DNA of 64,000 nucleotides from Octopus sinensis (lineage: Eukaryota), in assembly GCF_006345805.1 (NCBI RefSeq), contig NC_042998.1, forward strand, positions 162,192,001 to 162,256,000, given 5' to 3'. Shown here piece by piece: positions 1 through 12,469 of this stretch; position 1 is the stretch's first letter, and each line of letters begins with the position of its first letter. A program made the translations under genes and the position numbers. The notes beneath the pieces are model-generated. The model had not been told where the DNA came from and did no database searches. It saw only the letters and a list, made by a program, of their open reading frames with translations.

Positions 1-242
1 CTGTAGTCAATGAGCCAAGATGGAAGTCTCTAAACATTCCTTTGGTCTGCTAGAAATACCAGTCAAAACTCCTTCAAATCACACTCTACCATATTAAATA
101 AAAAACAAATATGCATTGATTTTTCAGTCATGGTGATAATAAAACTTCAGTATGTCTTGCTGATGAGCATTCAGTCAACAGAATGCAGGACTCATTTTGA
201 ATTAATATACAAATTGCTAGTGTTTTACTGACATATGTACTC

Positions 243-394
243 TTAATACTTGGGTTATTCTGTCAAGTGTAATACTTGTTTAATCACATTGGTTTGAATT
301 AATCACAGCTTCAAGATGTTGATAACATTTTAGAATGACATTGTAGAGTAGGTGTTATAGGCTAGATCTGGCCAGTTTGAACCTAAAACATGTA
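243..394 (+). mobile_element. piggyBac-like MITE (family PB1), left part, split by the foldback element
   Basis: Matches the intact copy at 27691-27918 (TTAGAATGACATTGTAG...GATCTGGCCAGTTTGAAC-TAAAACATGTA). The element resumes at 2461. Confidence 0.75.
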
Positions 395-448
395 GGATCC
401 TTTCAATCTCAGTCATAGATTTTTTAATTATTTTTTTTTAACAAAACA

Positions 449-860
449 GCAGGAGTGGCTGTGTGGTAAGTAGCTTGCTTACCAACCACATGGTTCCGGG
501 TTCAGTCCCACTGCATGGCATCTTGGGCAAGTGTCTTCTACTATAGCCACGGGCCGACCAAAGCCTTGTGAGTGGATTTGGTAGACGGAAACTGAAAGAA
601 GCCCGTCGTATATATGTATATATATATATGTGTGTGTGTATGTTTGTGTGTCTGTTTGTTCCCCCAACATCGCTTGTCAACAGATGGTGGTGTGTTTACG
701 TCGTCATCACTTAGCAGTTCAGCAAAAGAGACTGATAGAATAAGTACTAGGCTTACAAAGAATAAATCCCGGGGTCGATTTGCTCGACTAAAGGCGGTGC
801 TCCAGCATGGCCGCAGTTAAATGACTGAAACAAGTAAAAGAGTAAAAGAGTGAAAGAGTA
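449..860 (+). mobile_element. tRNA-derived SINE family A (CORE-like, OR-type), inside left foldback arm
   Basis: A-box TGGCTGTGTGG, B-box GGTTCAGTCC, CORE-like CTTGGGCAAGTG, internal (TA)/(TG)n, (GAGTAAAA)n tail. AAACAG flanks both ends (possible TSD). Confidence 0.9.
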
Positions 861-1060
861 AACAGTTTGAAACTTTGGATACTGGTTGAATGTGTCATAT
901 TAATATTTTTGACAAAATTTTGTATTTTAGAAGTTATTTCGTGTTGAAGTTGTTACTGCTGTTTGCGAAAGTAATGGAAAAGCAACAACTTCCGGGTCAT
1001 TGGGTCATGAAAAAGAGAGAGAGAGAGAGGTGGGAGAAAAGTATAAAAGATAAGAAAGGT

Positions 1061-1130
1061 GGGTGAGAAAAATAGAAAGTTTTTTTATAGGGAATGGGTG
1101 AGAAAAGCAGAAAGTTCTTTTATAGGGAAT
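1061..1130. repeat. 35-bp tandem duplication
   Basis: GGGTGAGAAAAATAGAAAGTTTTTTTATAGGGAAT followed by GGGTGAGAAAAGCAGAAAGTTCTTTTATAGGGAAT. Confidence 0.9.
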
Positions 1131-2033
1131 ACATAATGTGTGTGTGTGCGTGTGTATTTTTCTCCATCTTATCCAATGTGTCCTCTCATTTATATAATGT
1201 TAGCGTGTGACATCGAGAGAGATTTGGCTATTATTTCCAGCAGGTCAAGCAACTATACAGATTCTCACATTTTCTCACACACATACATACATACATGCAT
1301 ACATACATTCATACATACATACATACATGCATGTACATACACACAAATATGTTATAATCATTTTCAGTTAACTCCTTTAGTGATTGCGCCTGATTTTTAT
1401 ATGTGGCAAATCGTAGAGAGAGAGAGAGTGAGAGAGAGGGTGAGAGAGAGAGCGAGGGAGAGAGAGAGTGAGAGAGAGAGGTAGAGAGAGCAGAGGAGAG
1501 AATGGAGAGAGTGGTGGTGTGTTGATGATCTGAACAACTTATGTAAACTTGCCAATCCCCTACCACTGCATATTCATTTATTAAACCCTCTCCTTTTCCT
1601 TGCTCCCATTCGGGGTCTTATAAGCTTTATATATAAATGTGTGTGTGTGTGTGTGTGTGATGGACAGCAGAAACGCTGCATGAACAACTGTCATCAACTT
1701 CACAATCCCCTTCCTCCTTAAAGCTACGTATTCCTCACACCACCTCCCTTTCCTTTCCTCAGCATTCTAAAAGTTGCATGTATATGTATTGGTGTGTGTG
1801 TGTGTGTGTGTGTGTACATATACAAGTGTCTGTATATTTATGCACATATATGTATGCAGCGTCCAAAACAGATGACCCAATGACCCAGATGTTGTTGCTC
1901 TTCCATTATTTTCACAAACAGCAGTAACTTTAATACGAAATAACTTCTAAAATACAAAATTGTGTCAAAAACGTTAAGAGTAAACCGTGTTCTATGTGAC
2001 ACATTCAACCAGTAACCAAAGTTTCAAACTGTT

Positions 2034-2414
2034 TTACTCTTTTACTTGTTTCAGTCATTTGACTGTGGCCATGCTGGAGCACCGCCTTTAGTCAAGCAAA
2101 TCGACCCTGGGACTTATTCTTTGTAAGCCTAGTACTTATTTTATCGGTCTCTTTTGCTGAACCGCTAAGTTACGAGGGCGTAAACATACCAGCATTGGTT
2201 GTCAAGAAATGTTGAGGGGTGGTGGACAAACACAGACACACAAACACACACACATATATGATGGGCTTTTTTCAGTTTCCAACTGCCAAATCCACTCACA
2301 AGGCTTTGTTCGGCCCAAGGCTATAGTAGAAGACACTTGCCCAAGGTGCCACGCAGTGGGACTGAACCCAGAACCATGTGGTTGGTAAGCAAGCTACTTA
2401 CCACACAGCCACTC
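2034..2414 (-). mobile_element. SINE family A, inside right foldback arm
   Basis: Reverse complement of the family A consensus, at the same position in the arm as the 449-860 copy. Confidence 0.9.
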
Positions 2415-2460
2415 AAAAAAAAATTAATTAAAAAATCTGTGACTGAGATTGAAAAGATCC

Positions 2461-2513
2461 AGCAAGTAGAGTGTTTGGTTTGGATATGGCTAGTTTAAAT
2501 GCTAAAAGGTTAA
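2461..2513 (+). mobile_element. piggyBac-like MITE PB1, right end
   Basis: GGATATGGCTAGTTTAAATGCTAAAAGGTTAA matches the right end of the 27691-27918 copy and ends in TTAA. Confidence 0.75.
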
Positions 2514-4505
2514 TATAGTTCTAAGCCAAATCAGCATGGCACAACATGCTCTAAAGACAGACATTTGAATTACTGGTAAAATCTATCCAATGGGCTTCTA
2601 TGCAGTGTCTACCACAGGTTTGGATGTAATCCAAAACTATGATAAAGATATTTGTTCACAGTGCCATATAGCAGGACTAAACACCTGACTTATAAGTGTG
2701 AAGTGAAATTTTTGAGAGAGTAAAGTGGGATAAAGGGCAGATTTAGCTGGTATTTTTAGCAAGTTTAATTACCAGTCTGAGGCTCCTTCAATGGCTTTTG
2801 TAAGCTTCAGTTTGTAATAACAGGACCACCAGAACAAAACAACTTTTATATATTTCATATACATTGTTTCGTAAAGTTAAGAACAAGTGGCCACCCACCT
2901 CATATAGTTTACATTTGCCCTGGAATATTTTTTCGATATCATTCTAAATCATTTGTGGTTCTCTTAAATACTTTTTCAAATATATCTTAGCAGGAGATTA
3001 TTTGGTAATATTTTTACAGTAACTTAAAGTAGTGTCATTTTTTTCTCACATACTTTACTAAGTATAATTTACAACATTTGATCCAAGTTCTGAGAAGCAT
3101 ATGCTAAAATATATTTTCCTTTACATTTTCCCACAATATTTTACGATATCAGATATGATGTAATTTTGAAAGGATATGTACTGTTATTTCCCTATTAGAT
3201 TTCCTATCCACATAAGCTAACCAGATTCAAAACTTGAAATTACATACATTATTGAAAATGACATAGAATTTATTAACTTCATTTATTACGTAGAATGATG
3301 GCATTTAAACTGCTAAACGCCATATCTGTCTAACATATAAATCTAGAGGGAAATTAAGAAGAGAAATAAATTTTGTAAACATAATAGGTTTTGCTAAAAT
3401 GCTATAATGATGATATTGATGTTGATGATTATGATGGTAATAAATAATGATAATGATGAAAATAAAGATGATAATAACAATAACTATTTTCTTTATTAAT
3501 AAAAATAATAATATTAATTATCTTGGCCTCTGATACTTTAGCAACATAAGTTACAGGGGACTAAAATGTATGAACTATTTAATAGGAGTAGTCATAAGAG
3601 ATTTAGTGCAAGACTGACATAGAATAAACATACATGATGTTAAAGATTACATAAGTGCTAAGATGTAGGATCACATTAACCAGATGTGTTATGTGACAAT
3701 TTTACAAAAGAAGTACAATGTAAAACTATTTAAACATTGTTTCTGATAAGACTCCTTGAAATGGTATTGGCAAACAAAGGAAGAATCAGGCATAAATGTT
3801 CACAAAGGATATCAAATTCAGACAAGAAAGCATTAATCTTAAAATCTATGACAAACTTAGAGTTTTAACAGAAGTTTTCAGCCAGTCGTATTCTGCTCTC
3901 TCCTATATTTAGAAGTCCTGAAGCACAATTTATGACCAAATTTCATGCAGAGGAGTAATTTTTTCATGAATTAATTTGAAGAATTACGTGGGAAAAGTAG
4001 AAGATATTGAAGTGATTTCATGGAAAGACCACAAAAAGAACAATAAGTGCACAACCTTGTCAGTTCTTTGTGTCTTGAGTTAAAATGCCTCTAAGGTTAA
4101 TTTTATTTTTCATTCTGATAGGGTTATTAAAATAAAGTGCAAACCAAGTGCTGGAGTTGATATAATTAACTATTTCTTCCCTACAAATATATGGCCTTGT
4201 ATCTCTATTAGAAATGCTTAGGGTTAGGGAATGCAAATCAAAATCTGTTGCAGTGATACAGCTTCTGATAAATATAATATAGTCCGAAACACTTTGGTGT
4301 GACATCTTCTTGTTGTTTAGCTATCTCAGAAACCCTGATTAAGAAATCATATATAATCAAAAAAGATTCTAACCATAAGCATTCTGTCCTTTTTGCATAT
4401 GCATATTTTGGATACTGTCAAAGATATTCTTTCTTTTAAAAAAAAGTAAGGTGTAATTTAATAGATTTGGCTGCTATTTCTAACAGGTTATGTGATTGCA
4501 TAGAA

Positions 4506-4873
4506 TGGTGGTTTTCAACCATTTTTTTACATTTCGACTCAGTTTTGCTACTGTTTTACTCTGGTGGACCCCAATAGCCATTCCATGTTTAAAAACTAGC
4601 TTTAAAGATAATTCTTACAAAATTCCTGTTTTGTTTTTCATGCATTCATTTGTGTAGGTTTGCAATAGCATTCTCAGAAAGAACTTGTTTCAGTGGCTTG
4701 ATACATTTTGAACCATGTTAAGTGTTAAAGAAATATAGTTGTTTGCTGCAAAAAATACATCTAAAATAAAATGCTTTCATGAATCCCTAAAATACTTCTG
4801 CAAACTCCCATTCTATCATTTTGCTTATGCAGATCCCAAAACATCTTATATGGACCCCGGTTGAGAACAAGTG
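4506..4873 (+). mobile_element. hAT (Charlie-like) MITE
   Basis: Degenerate TIRs TGGTGGTTTTCAACC / GGTTGAGAACAAGTG and GGACCCC subterminal motifs. Homologous to 29642-29928. Confidence 0.7.
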
Positions 4874-5669
4874 ACACAGTAGCCCTCACATTATTTTGTC
4901 TCACTTGAAAGCTTGCTCACCTCCCTTTGGCTCAACTTCAATTAAAGTTTTACTGTGTTGAGGACATGATGAATACAAACAGCAGGAGCAACAGTCATAT
5001 TGTGATTATAGCTTTTAATTACTGGAATATTTTTTAATGATTTTTGATACTAGATGATATTAAAAAATTATATCTCCATACAAAAGTACATCTGAAATAC
5101 ATCAGTTTACAACAAAACAAACATTTAGAGAAGCATCACAAATATGTAAATGATAGCTTTTAATTCACCTGTCATTTTCATACAAAATACTTGTAATCAT
5201 CACTAGTCTATTGAACCTTATGCTTTAATTACTATTCTTCATACTCCAATTACTATTTTTAATTATTATAGTTGAGGACCAGAACTGTTATCTCATTTCT
5301 ATATCCTTTAGTGCATGGAATAACCACTGTTAACTCATATGTAATTCAGAATGTTATACTTCACTTACTCATTTGTGATTTTTCCTAGATGTTGCATAAA
5401 TAAAAAAGGAGGATATTTCACCCAACAAACACTTCTTTTATACCTGTATACCTTTAATCATGTATAATTCATTCATATGTAAGTAATGATTAAAAAAAGA
5501 CTCTGATCAAGACGTTTGTTTCCAAATTTTTGTAGTTTTAGGCTTGATCTTAACTGCATAGCACTTTGGGCACGTGTCATCTACCATTGCATCAAAATAA
5601 CCAATACTTTGTAAATGAAATTTGATTGATAGAAACTGAGTAGAATACCAGCAAAGTTGGCTATATTTA

Positions 5670-6045
5670 GACCGATGGGTCAAAAAAGATATAGGTGGGA
5701 TTTAGAAATTAAAACAGCCGAGTTAAAACACAACTGGTCAGCTGTTGTTGTATGGGGTCCCCATAAGTGTATGATCTCTTGCAGAAATTGGCTACTCTCT
5801 GAACATAAATACGATCAGAAAAATACAGGAGAAAGAAATCCTCTGTGAACCATTGGTGAGGAGTTTGCAAGATGCACTTTCAGTTTCATGCCTATTATTA
5901 TTGGAGCAACAGGGTTCATACCAACCTATGTATAGCAAAGTATGGCTGAACTTGGGGAGAGAATGCCACTCCTTAATACACATGCTAGAAATGACAATGG
6001 TACCTGAGACTATAAAACTCTGCAAGATCTTATAAAGGTTTAGTG
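5670..6045 (+). pseudogene. RLE-type (R4/Dong-like clade) non-LTR retrotransposon ORF 3' relic
   Basis: Frameshifted translation RWDLEIKTAELKHNWSAVVVW / EIGYSLNINTIRKIQEKE..EPLVRSLQ / FSFMPIIIGATGF / LIHMLEM...ETIKLCKIL*RF follows the HNRPD..E..K..Y..L..PIIIGALG layout of restriction-like endonuclease domains. Confidence 0.75.
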
Positions 6046-6126
6046 GGTAATTAATAAAACAAAGCTGGTTAAAATTAACTTAATTAAAGAGCAAAAGGAA
6101 ACATGCATGCACATATACATGCATAC

Positions 6127-6127
<1 letters not shown>

Positions 6128-6192
<65 letters not shown>

Positions 6193-6193
6193 G

Positions 6194-6224
<31 letters not shown>
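6128..6224. repeat. (CTAT)n microsatellite
   Basis: About 24 near-perfect units. Confidence 0.95.
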
Positions 6225-7261
6225 CAAAATAAATAAAAGTATAAGTTAAAAAATGTATAGTAAATGCACAGACAAATGGAGAACAGACTCAGGACTCCAG
6301 TTATTGGCTGGTGGGTCTAACACAATTCTGTGCCTTTATACATACATGCATACACTCACACACATATCTATACAAACAAGCAAACATATATATACATTGG
6401 CAAAATCTTGGGGCTTACTAGCAACAGTCTGAACTACTGAGTTCAGTGAACTTTAAGATTTGGATTTCAAATCTTACATCAAAGAATTGCAAAAACAATA
6501 AAACAATAACAGAATAGCAATATTTTTAATGTGTGTGTATGTATGTGTGTACTAAAGTAAGTTATTATTAAAGTGTAAAACACTTTTTAATCTGCAATCT
6601 ACTAATATTTTACTCACAGAATTGTTTCTCCTTGGGGAGTGTCACCCTCTTTATTGAATGGTTTTGAGTTGTTTCTAATAGTGAAGATAGTTGAAAGTAA
6701 TCTCCAAACTCCCTTACCTTTCTTCTGCGATAATTATGTGACTGGTGTTATTGGCGTATGTGCACACTTCATACTTGACTTTAAGTGTTGAACTTTAAAC
6801 CAAGCACAAACACCTACTTAACAGGTTAGCCTCTAGAAATTAGCTGACTAATTCCTTGTGAATTAATAAAAACAAAAGAAACAAACTTTCTCTCAGAACA
6901 CAGAGTTTTTCCAAGATCAGTGTGGAGCAGCTTCTGACTATTTTACTTCTTCCTAAGCATTGGCCAACCTAATGGAAGGGCCATGATATTCGTTGACTAT
7001 CAACTAAATCACTGAGAACATACAAAACTCTTACTGATCAGCTAGAATGTCAATGACAAAATATCTTTGAAAATGCATTCCAATATTTTCCCCTATCTTC
7101 TTCCATTTTTTCCCCTCCTTCTTCTAAATGTATGACTTTTGTGTGTGCATGTGGGAGATAGTTGAGTTAATGAATATGTTTTGACTTCTTTCTCTTTTTG
7201 TTTTCTAATTATAGTGTTGTTTTCTTTCTTTCTCTCTTTCTTTCTTTTTTGCATTCGACAG

Positions 7262-7295
7262 CCAGTTATGACATATTCTTGGGAAGAAGAAATTG
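7262..7295 (+). CDS. Candidate micro-exon of an unidentified host gene (34 nt, or 30 nt from the tandem acceptor at 7266)
   Basis: Branch-like TTCTAAT (~7203), a long polypyrimidine tract, CAG|CCAG tandem acceptors and donor ATTG|GTAAGT. Open frames read (P)VMTYSWEEEI or SYDIFLGRRN. No protein recognised. Confidence 0.45.
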
Positions 7296-7479
7296 GTAAG
7301 TATCACTTCTCCGACCACTCTTAATATTTCACCTGACCTTCTAGGTGCTTCATATTGACCCTTATATAACTTTCAAGTGCCTCGTTGTTGAGATTCATCA
7401 CTTGTTAACATGGGCAAGATGAGAGATCTATTTAGTACAAAGAGACCAAAAGGTTTGGCAGAATTATCTACGACAGTAT

Positions 7480-7860
7480 TGGCGTTCGTGGTGGCAGTAT
7501 TTTTGTTTTTGTTGGTGGTAGCGTAGTGAAGTTAATTAGCTATGATAGCAGTTGTGTATAGGTAGGTTGTGAAAGTGTTGTCAGCGATGATGGCAATGAT
7601 GTTCTCTATTAGTAGCCTATTGTAATGGTGATTGACTTTTTTCAGTAGTGATAGCAGTGGTGCTGGAGATCACATTTGTTGTTTGTGGCTATCACGGAAT
7701 AAATGGTGGCATTTTTAGTGATAGTAACTTTAATAAAGGTTAGTAGATAGTGTGCTATCATGGCAGCAGCTGTATCATATTCATGTGGGGAGGTGTGGTT
7801 ATAACGATGATGATGATTATAATGATAGTTAATAATGATGTATAACATTGCTAGTAATGG
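7480..7860. repeat. Degenerate GAT/GGT/AGT trinucleotide low-complexity tract
   Basis: Decayed triplet periodicity with stops in all frames. Confidence 0.7.
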
Positions 7861-7954
7861 AATTATTAAAAATTTATTAAATATAATCTATTTAGGAAAT
7901 AGTTTTTGAAATGGAATCTCTTTCTCTCCCACTGTCTCTTTTTCATTGCACGCA

Positions 7955-7963
7955 TGTGTATGT

Positions 7964-7995
<32 letters not shown>

Positions 7996-8095
7996 CTCTC
8001 TCAGTTTGTCTCTTTCTCTCTCTGTCTCTCTCTTGGCTTGTCTCTCTGTCTCTCTGTCTCTCTCTCTCTCTGTCTCTCTGTCTCTCTCTCTCTGT
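7955..8095. repeat. (TG)n-(TC)n compound microsatellite
   Basis: Direct inspection. Source of ORFs at 7888-8243. Confidence 0.95.
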
Positions 8096-9627
8096 TGAAT
8101 GTCTTTCTCTTGCTGCTTCTCCACTCATTTGTTTCAAGCTGTTAATATGCTCTGATGCTATTCAAAGTTATTCATTATATGTTATCCAACAGGAGCTAAA
8201 AAGGATTTTATCACTCAAAGGATCATCTGATGAGAAACTCTGAGTAGCATCAAAGTGGTTCACGAGTGTCAAATGAATAAACTCTACTACATACAGCTTT
8301 CCATGTTTGCTTCCACAAGCATACCTTTTATCATTTACTTGTTTCAGTCATTTTTTACTGCGGCCAAGCTGTTCATTCATAGATACATGTGCACGCATGC
8401 ACACATGCACATACACACACACACGTTTTTATACTGAAATGTATCAATATAAATTTTACTTGTGATTATAGGTAAAGGACTCACAAACTTGTTATATTGA
8501 ATATTTCACTTTAAAAAAAATCCAGTTTACCTGTTAAAGCAAAATAATGAACTGATAAAATAATGCCCTTACTAAAATTAAGTAAGTTACTAATCTTATG
8601 TGGCTTCAAAGACAGAAGTGATAATGAAAATAATAAGCCAAAGATAATGATGGTGGATGTTGCCAAGAAAAGCATTGCTTCAGCTACTCTAACTACAAAA
8701 GACTAGCAAATCTCTACTAACTTCAATACTGACACATAATTCAGAAAAAAAATAACCTCATCAACTATAAATAACAACTGGAATGTGACAAGCAGGAAAC
8801 AATTAGTGCTACTGGTGTGTTTCTTTCTACTTCACCTGATAGCATAGAAAACCTCTACAATCTGGTGCCTATTAAATAAATAAACAAATGAATAATGTTT
8901 AAGAACCGTACATTCTGGCTGGGTATATGGTATACTGGGTATATCACCATTAACTCTACTCTTTATAGGGTAGTAGACTTGGTACAGAGTGTATTCATTT
9001 GTTTCATTTTATGTCTGTTTTTTTTTTACGTAAGTATGGGTTAGATGAATATATTATGGAGGTATTATTTTACAGCTGGATGCCTTTCCTGTTGCTAACC
9101 TATACCTTTTTTTTTAAGTAAGGAATCCCTTATTTTATACATCTTTGAAGACACAAAGCAAGTGGACAATTTGTGTACAGAAGAAATGACAACAATAACA
9201 CAACTCACACCTTATAACTTTGATAGAACACATATGTAAACACATACACACACACACACACAAACACACACATTATTGACGCCATGTACTTAATGTATGT
9301 GTGTTGTTAAATGCTTTCAGACTGTAGTATTTCATCCAAGGGAAGTCCCTTTAAGACATAATGTTAAAAAAGAAAACACTTAATATCTCAAAACCAGGTG
9401 TAATGAATTGCCCTGAAGATGAGTGAAAATAGTAGATATTAATATTTTACTGTTATTTCATCTCATCAGTTGAGTATACTCAAGTCACTCTCAAAAAAAA
9501 TTCAAATTACTGGTCTGAGGTATACAGGCAAAGACCAAAATTATCATTCTGTTGATGTGCAACAGCAAATCTCAGACCAGTGATATGAATTTGTTTTGAG
9601 GCTAACTTGACTATACCGTACCTATGA

Positions 9628-9785
9628 GCTGGAATGCTAATGGTTCATTTGTCTTTACATTCTGAGTTCAAGTTCTACTGTGTCAAATTTGCCTTTTCCT
9701 CCATTTATGGTCAATGAAATAAGTATCAGTCAAGTGCTGGGGCTGATGTCATTGACTCACCCACTTGTGCCAAAATTTCAGACCT
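9628..9785 (+). mobile_element. SINE family B, partial
   Basis: TTCTGAGTTCAAG B-box-like motif and GCCTTT-CATCC-TT-GGTCAATGAAATAAGTA central domain. Confidence 0.75.
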
Positions 9786-9936
9786 AATGGATGTCCACTT
9801 AGTGGTCATCCCTCTTATATGTATGTAATATAATTTTTCTGAATCTTCAGTTTTTTTAATAAGCTAGGCCACTGGTTTTAAATTGATATTAATCAAATTA
9901 ATATTCAATTTTTCACCCTTATTATCTTAAATTTAC

Positions 9937-10350
9937 ATGGCTGTGTGGTAAGTAGCTTGCTTACACACCACAAGGTTCCAGGTTTAGTCCCACTGCGTGG
10001 CACCTTGGGCAAGTGTCTTCTACTATAGCCTCTGGCTGACCAAAGCCTTGTGAGTGGATTTGGTAGATGGAAACTGAAAGAAGCCTGTCGTATATATCTA
10101 TATATATATATATATATGTGTATGTGTGTGTATATGTTTGTGTGTCTGTGTTTGCCCCCCCCCATTTTTTGACAACCAATGCTGGTGTGTTTACGCCCCT
10201 GTAACTTAGTGGTTCAGCAAAAGTGACAGATAGAATAAGTACTAGGCTTATAAAGAATAAGTCCTGGAGTCGATTTGCTCGGCTAAAGGCGGTGCTCCAG
10301 CATGGCTACAGTCAAATGACTGAAACAAGTAAAAGAGTAAAGCGTAAAAG
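9937..10350 (+). mobile_element. SINE family A
   Basis: Full head, internal microsatellite and GTAAAAGAGTAAA tail. Confidence 0.9.
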
Positions 10351-11039
10351 AACATATATATAAATCGTCTTTCTATGATTTTCCCTTTTCCATCTTTCTT
10401 AGTATATATTTTGACCCATAATACGTTCACTGGATTAATAAGACTTTTCCCCCAGTTAATAAGTACTATGCCTACTCATAATAAGTGATAGTCTTTTTCT
10501 CCAAATTGAATAAATTTTAGATTTATATTTTTTCCTTTATTCAATAGACCAACTGTTGTGTTGATGTGCATAGGGTTTGTAAAGTCTTTGCACTCTCTGT
10601 GAATGTGATTGTGATCACTTGACATTGACCTAGTTCTCCTAAAGCTGAACCTGTTCATCAAATAGTAGTAATTGGCATTTAGTAGTGACAATGCTGTCTT
10701 CCACATAAATTCCTTATATGGAGTTCTGAAACCCGCTTTACCCCATTTCTATAATTAGAATATCTTTATTGTTTCCTTCAACTTATTCTTCCCTCTCACA
10801 ACATTGCGGTAGTTTGGATCAACCAAATCTTAATCAGTCAGTTGATGGGCCCCACTACCTCAAATGTTCTTAAAATTTAAATCCACATCTTTGTCTATAT
10901 ATATACCTTCTCTATAATGATACCACTTGATAGAAAAATTTTTGTATTAATGGAAAACCTCTATAATTGGCTGATGAGTACTCGGCATTTTAAATCTGTT
11001 GTAATACTTACAACATTTAATAAAATGATGTAGTACGAA

Positions 11040-11269
11040 ATGATGTAAAGAGCACTTGTGCTGACGCGATGTAAAAGTGCTTGTGCCAGTGCCACATTAA
11101 AAGCACCCAGCACACACTGTGAAGTGGTTACAGTAAGGAAGGGCATTTAGTCATAGAAACCAAGTTGAATCATGCCAGAGCCTGGTTACAGCTCTCTGGC
11201 TACCAGCTCTGGTCAAACCATTTAACACATGCCAGCATAGAAAACAGACATTAAAGAATGATGATGATA

Positions 11270-11303
<34 letters not shown>

Positions 11304-11325
11304 CAATGACAACAATGATGATGAC
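11040..11325 (+). mobile_element. SINE family C (RTE-type tail) with (GAT)n tail
   Basis: AAAAGCACCC...GGAAGGGCAT...CATGCCAGCATAGAAAACAGACATTAAA then (GAT)n. Confidence 0.8.
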
Positions 11326-11624
11326 AGTACTTGAACTTGGTCATTTCTAACTACAGTTTGGTCTTTCACATATCTGTCTTCATCTTGGCTAGATGAAGTT
11401 TCTGTTTGTCTTCCCAAGGGTAAAACAAAACTTCAAATTCTAATGAGAATAGGAGAAGAAATAAAATATTTCATTTGACAATATTCTTTTAAAAACATAT
11501 TTCATTTTCGATTCCTTAACATATCACCTTTATCTTCAACAGGGACAGTCAGAATACCACTTCTTAGAAATATGCCAGGGGTCATAGCATAGATATTTAT
11601 ATATTTCTCTCCTTTCTGTATAAG

Positions 11625-12245
11625 AAGTTGACTTTGCCTTTCATCCTTTTGGGGTTGATAAATATCAGTCAAGCACTTGTCCCCTACACCCAAATTTCAG
11701 GCCTTGTGCCAATAGTAGAAAGGATTATTTTTATTGTAATTATTATTATTATCATTAATGAGATGGCGAGCTGATAAAATTGTTAGCACACCAAACAAAA
11801 TGCTTTGTAGCATTTTGTCTGTCTGCATGTTCTGAGTTCAAGTTCTGCTGAGGTCAACTTCGCCTTTCATCCTTTCAGGGTCAATAAAATGAGTACTAGT
11901 TGAGTACTGGGATTAATGTAATCGATTATTCCCCCTCCACCAAAATTTCAGACCTTATGCTTATAGTAGAAATCATTATTATTATCCTTATCCTTATTAT
12001 TGTTGTTGTTGTTGTTGTTGTTGTTAAGGCAACAAGCTGGCAGATCATTAGCATACTGGGTAAAGTGCTTAGTGACATTTCATTTGTCTTTACATTTAAT
12101 TTCTGTTGTGTCGCCTTTGCCTTCCATCCTTTCAGGGTCAATGAAATAGGTATCAGTCAAGCACTGGGGCTGATGTAATTGACCCACCCACTTACACCAA
12201 AATTTCAAACATTGTACCTATAGTAAAAAAGATTATTACTATTAT
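11625..12245 (+). mobile_element. Three head-to-tail SINE family B copies (11625-11730, 11761-11980, 12027-12240)
   Basis: Each has the GCCTTTCATCCTTT-GGGGT-(A/G)AT(A/G)AA domain and ends in an (ATT)n/(GTT)n tail, followed directly by the next copy. Confidence 0.85.
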
Positions 12246-12251
12246 TATTTA

Positions 12252-12469
12252 TGGTTTCCTTTCATCATAAGTTTATTTCTGTTGCATTAGTACCGGGCAT
12301 CCTCTTGAGGCCAAGAGTAGCAAGCGCACTTTTGTTTTGCTATGCATGCTAAAATTATTACTACATTTATTCCATTTTAGATGGAGAGTGCTTTCTGAAG
12401 TGTATGGGCTGTACTCATCAAAGATATATTTTGTAGTTCATGGAGATTATTGGAGTTACCAGTGTTGTT

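Larger units (their letters stand above)
395..2460. mobile_element. Non-autonomous foldback/long-TIR DNA element, ~2.07 kb
   Basis: Inverted arms 395-1008 and 1872-2460, both starting GGATC(C/T)TTTCAATCTCAGTCA. Imperfect 8-bp TSD AACATGTA (387-394) / AGCAAGTA (2461-2468). Flanks are the two halves of one MITE. The interior is microsatellite-rich with no transposase ORF. Confidence 0.8.

Noticed and set aside
449-520. tRNA genes at SINE heads (also 42927-43000, 58612-58680, 61100-61174)
   Set aside because: A/B boxes are present, but there is no convincing cloverleaf and each runs into a SINE body.
6618-6836. Minus-strand donor-like sites (GTGAGT, GTAAGG) with short open frames
   Set aside because: Acceptors are weak and the frames are inconsistent. 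It may be degraded TE sequence.
10476-10900. Minus-strand frame KWGKAGFRTPYKEFMWKT... as an exon or pseudogene
   Set aside because: No pyrimidine tract at the acceptor, no donor, no recognisable motif, and a length within chance for this ORF track.
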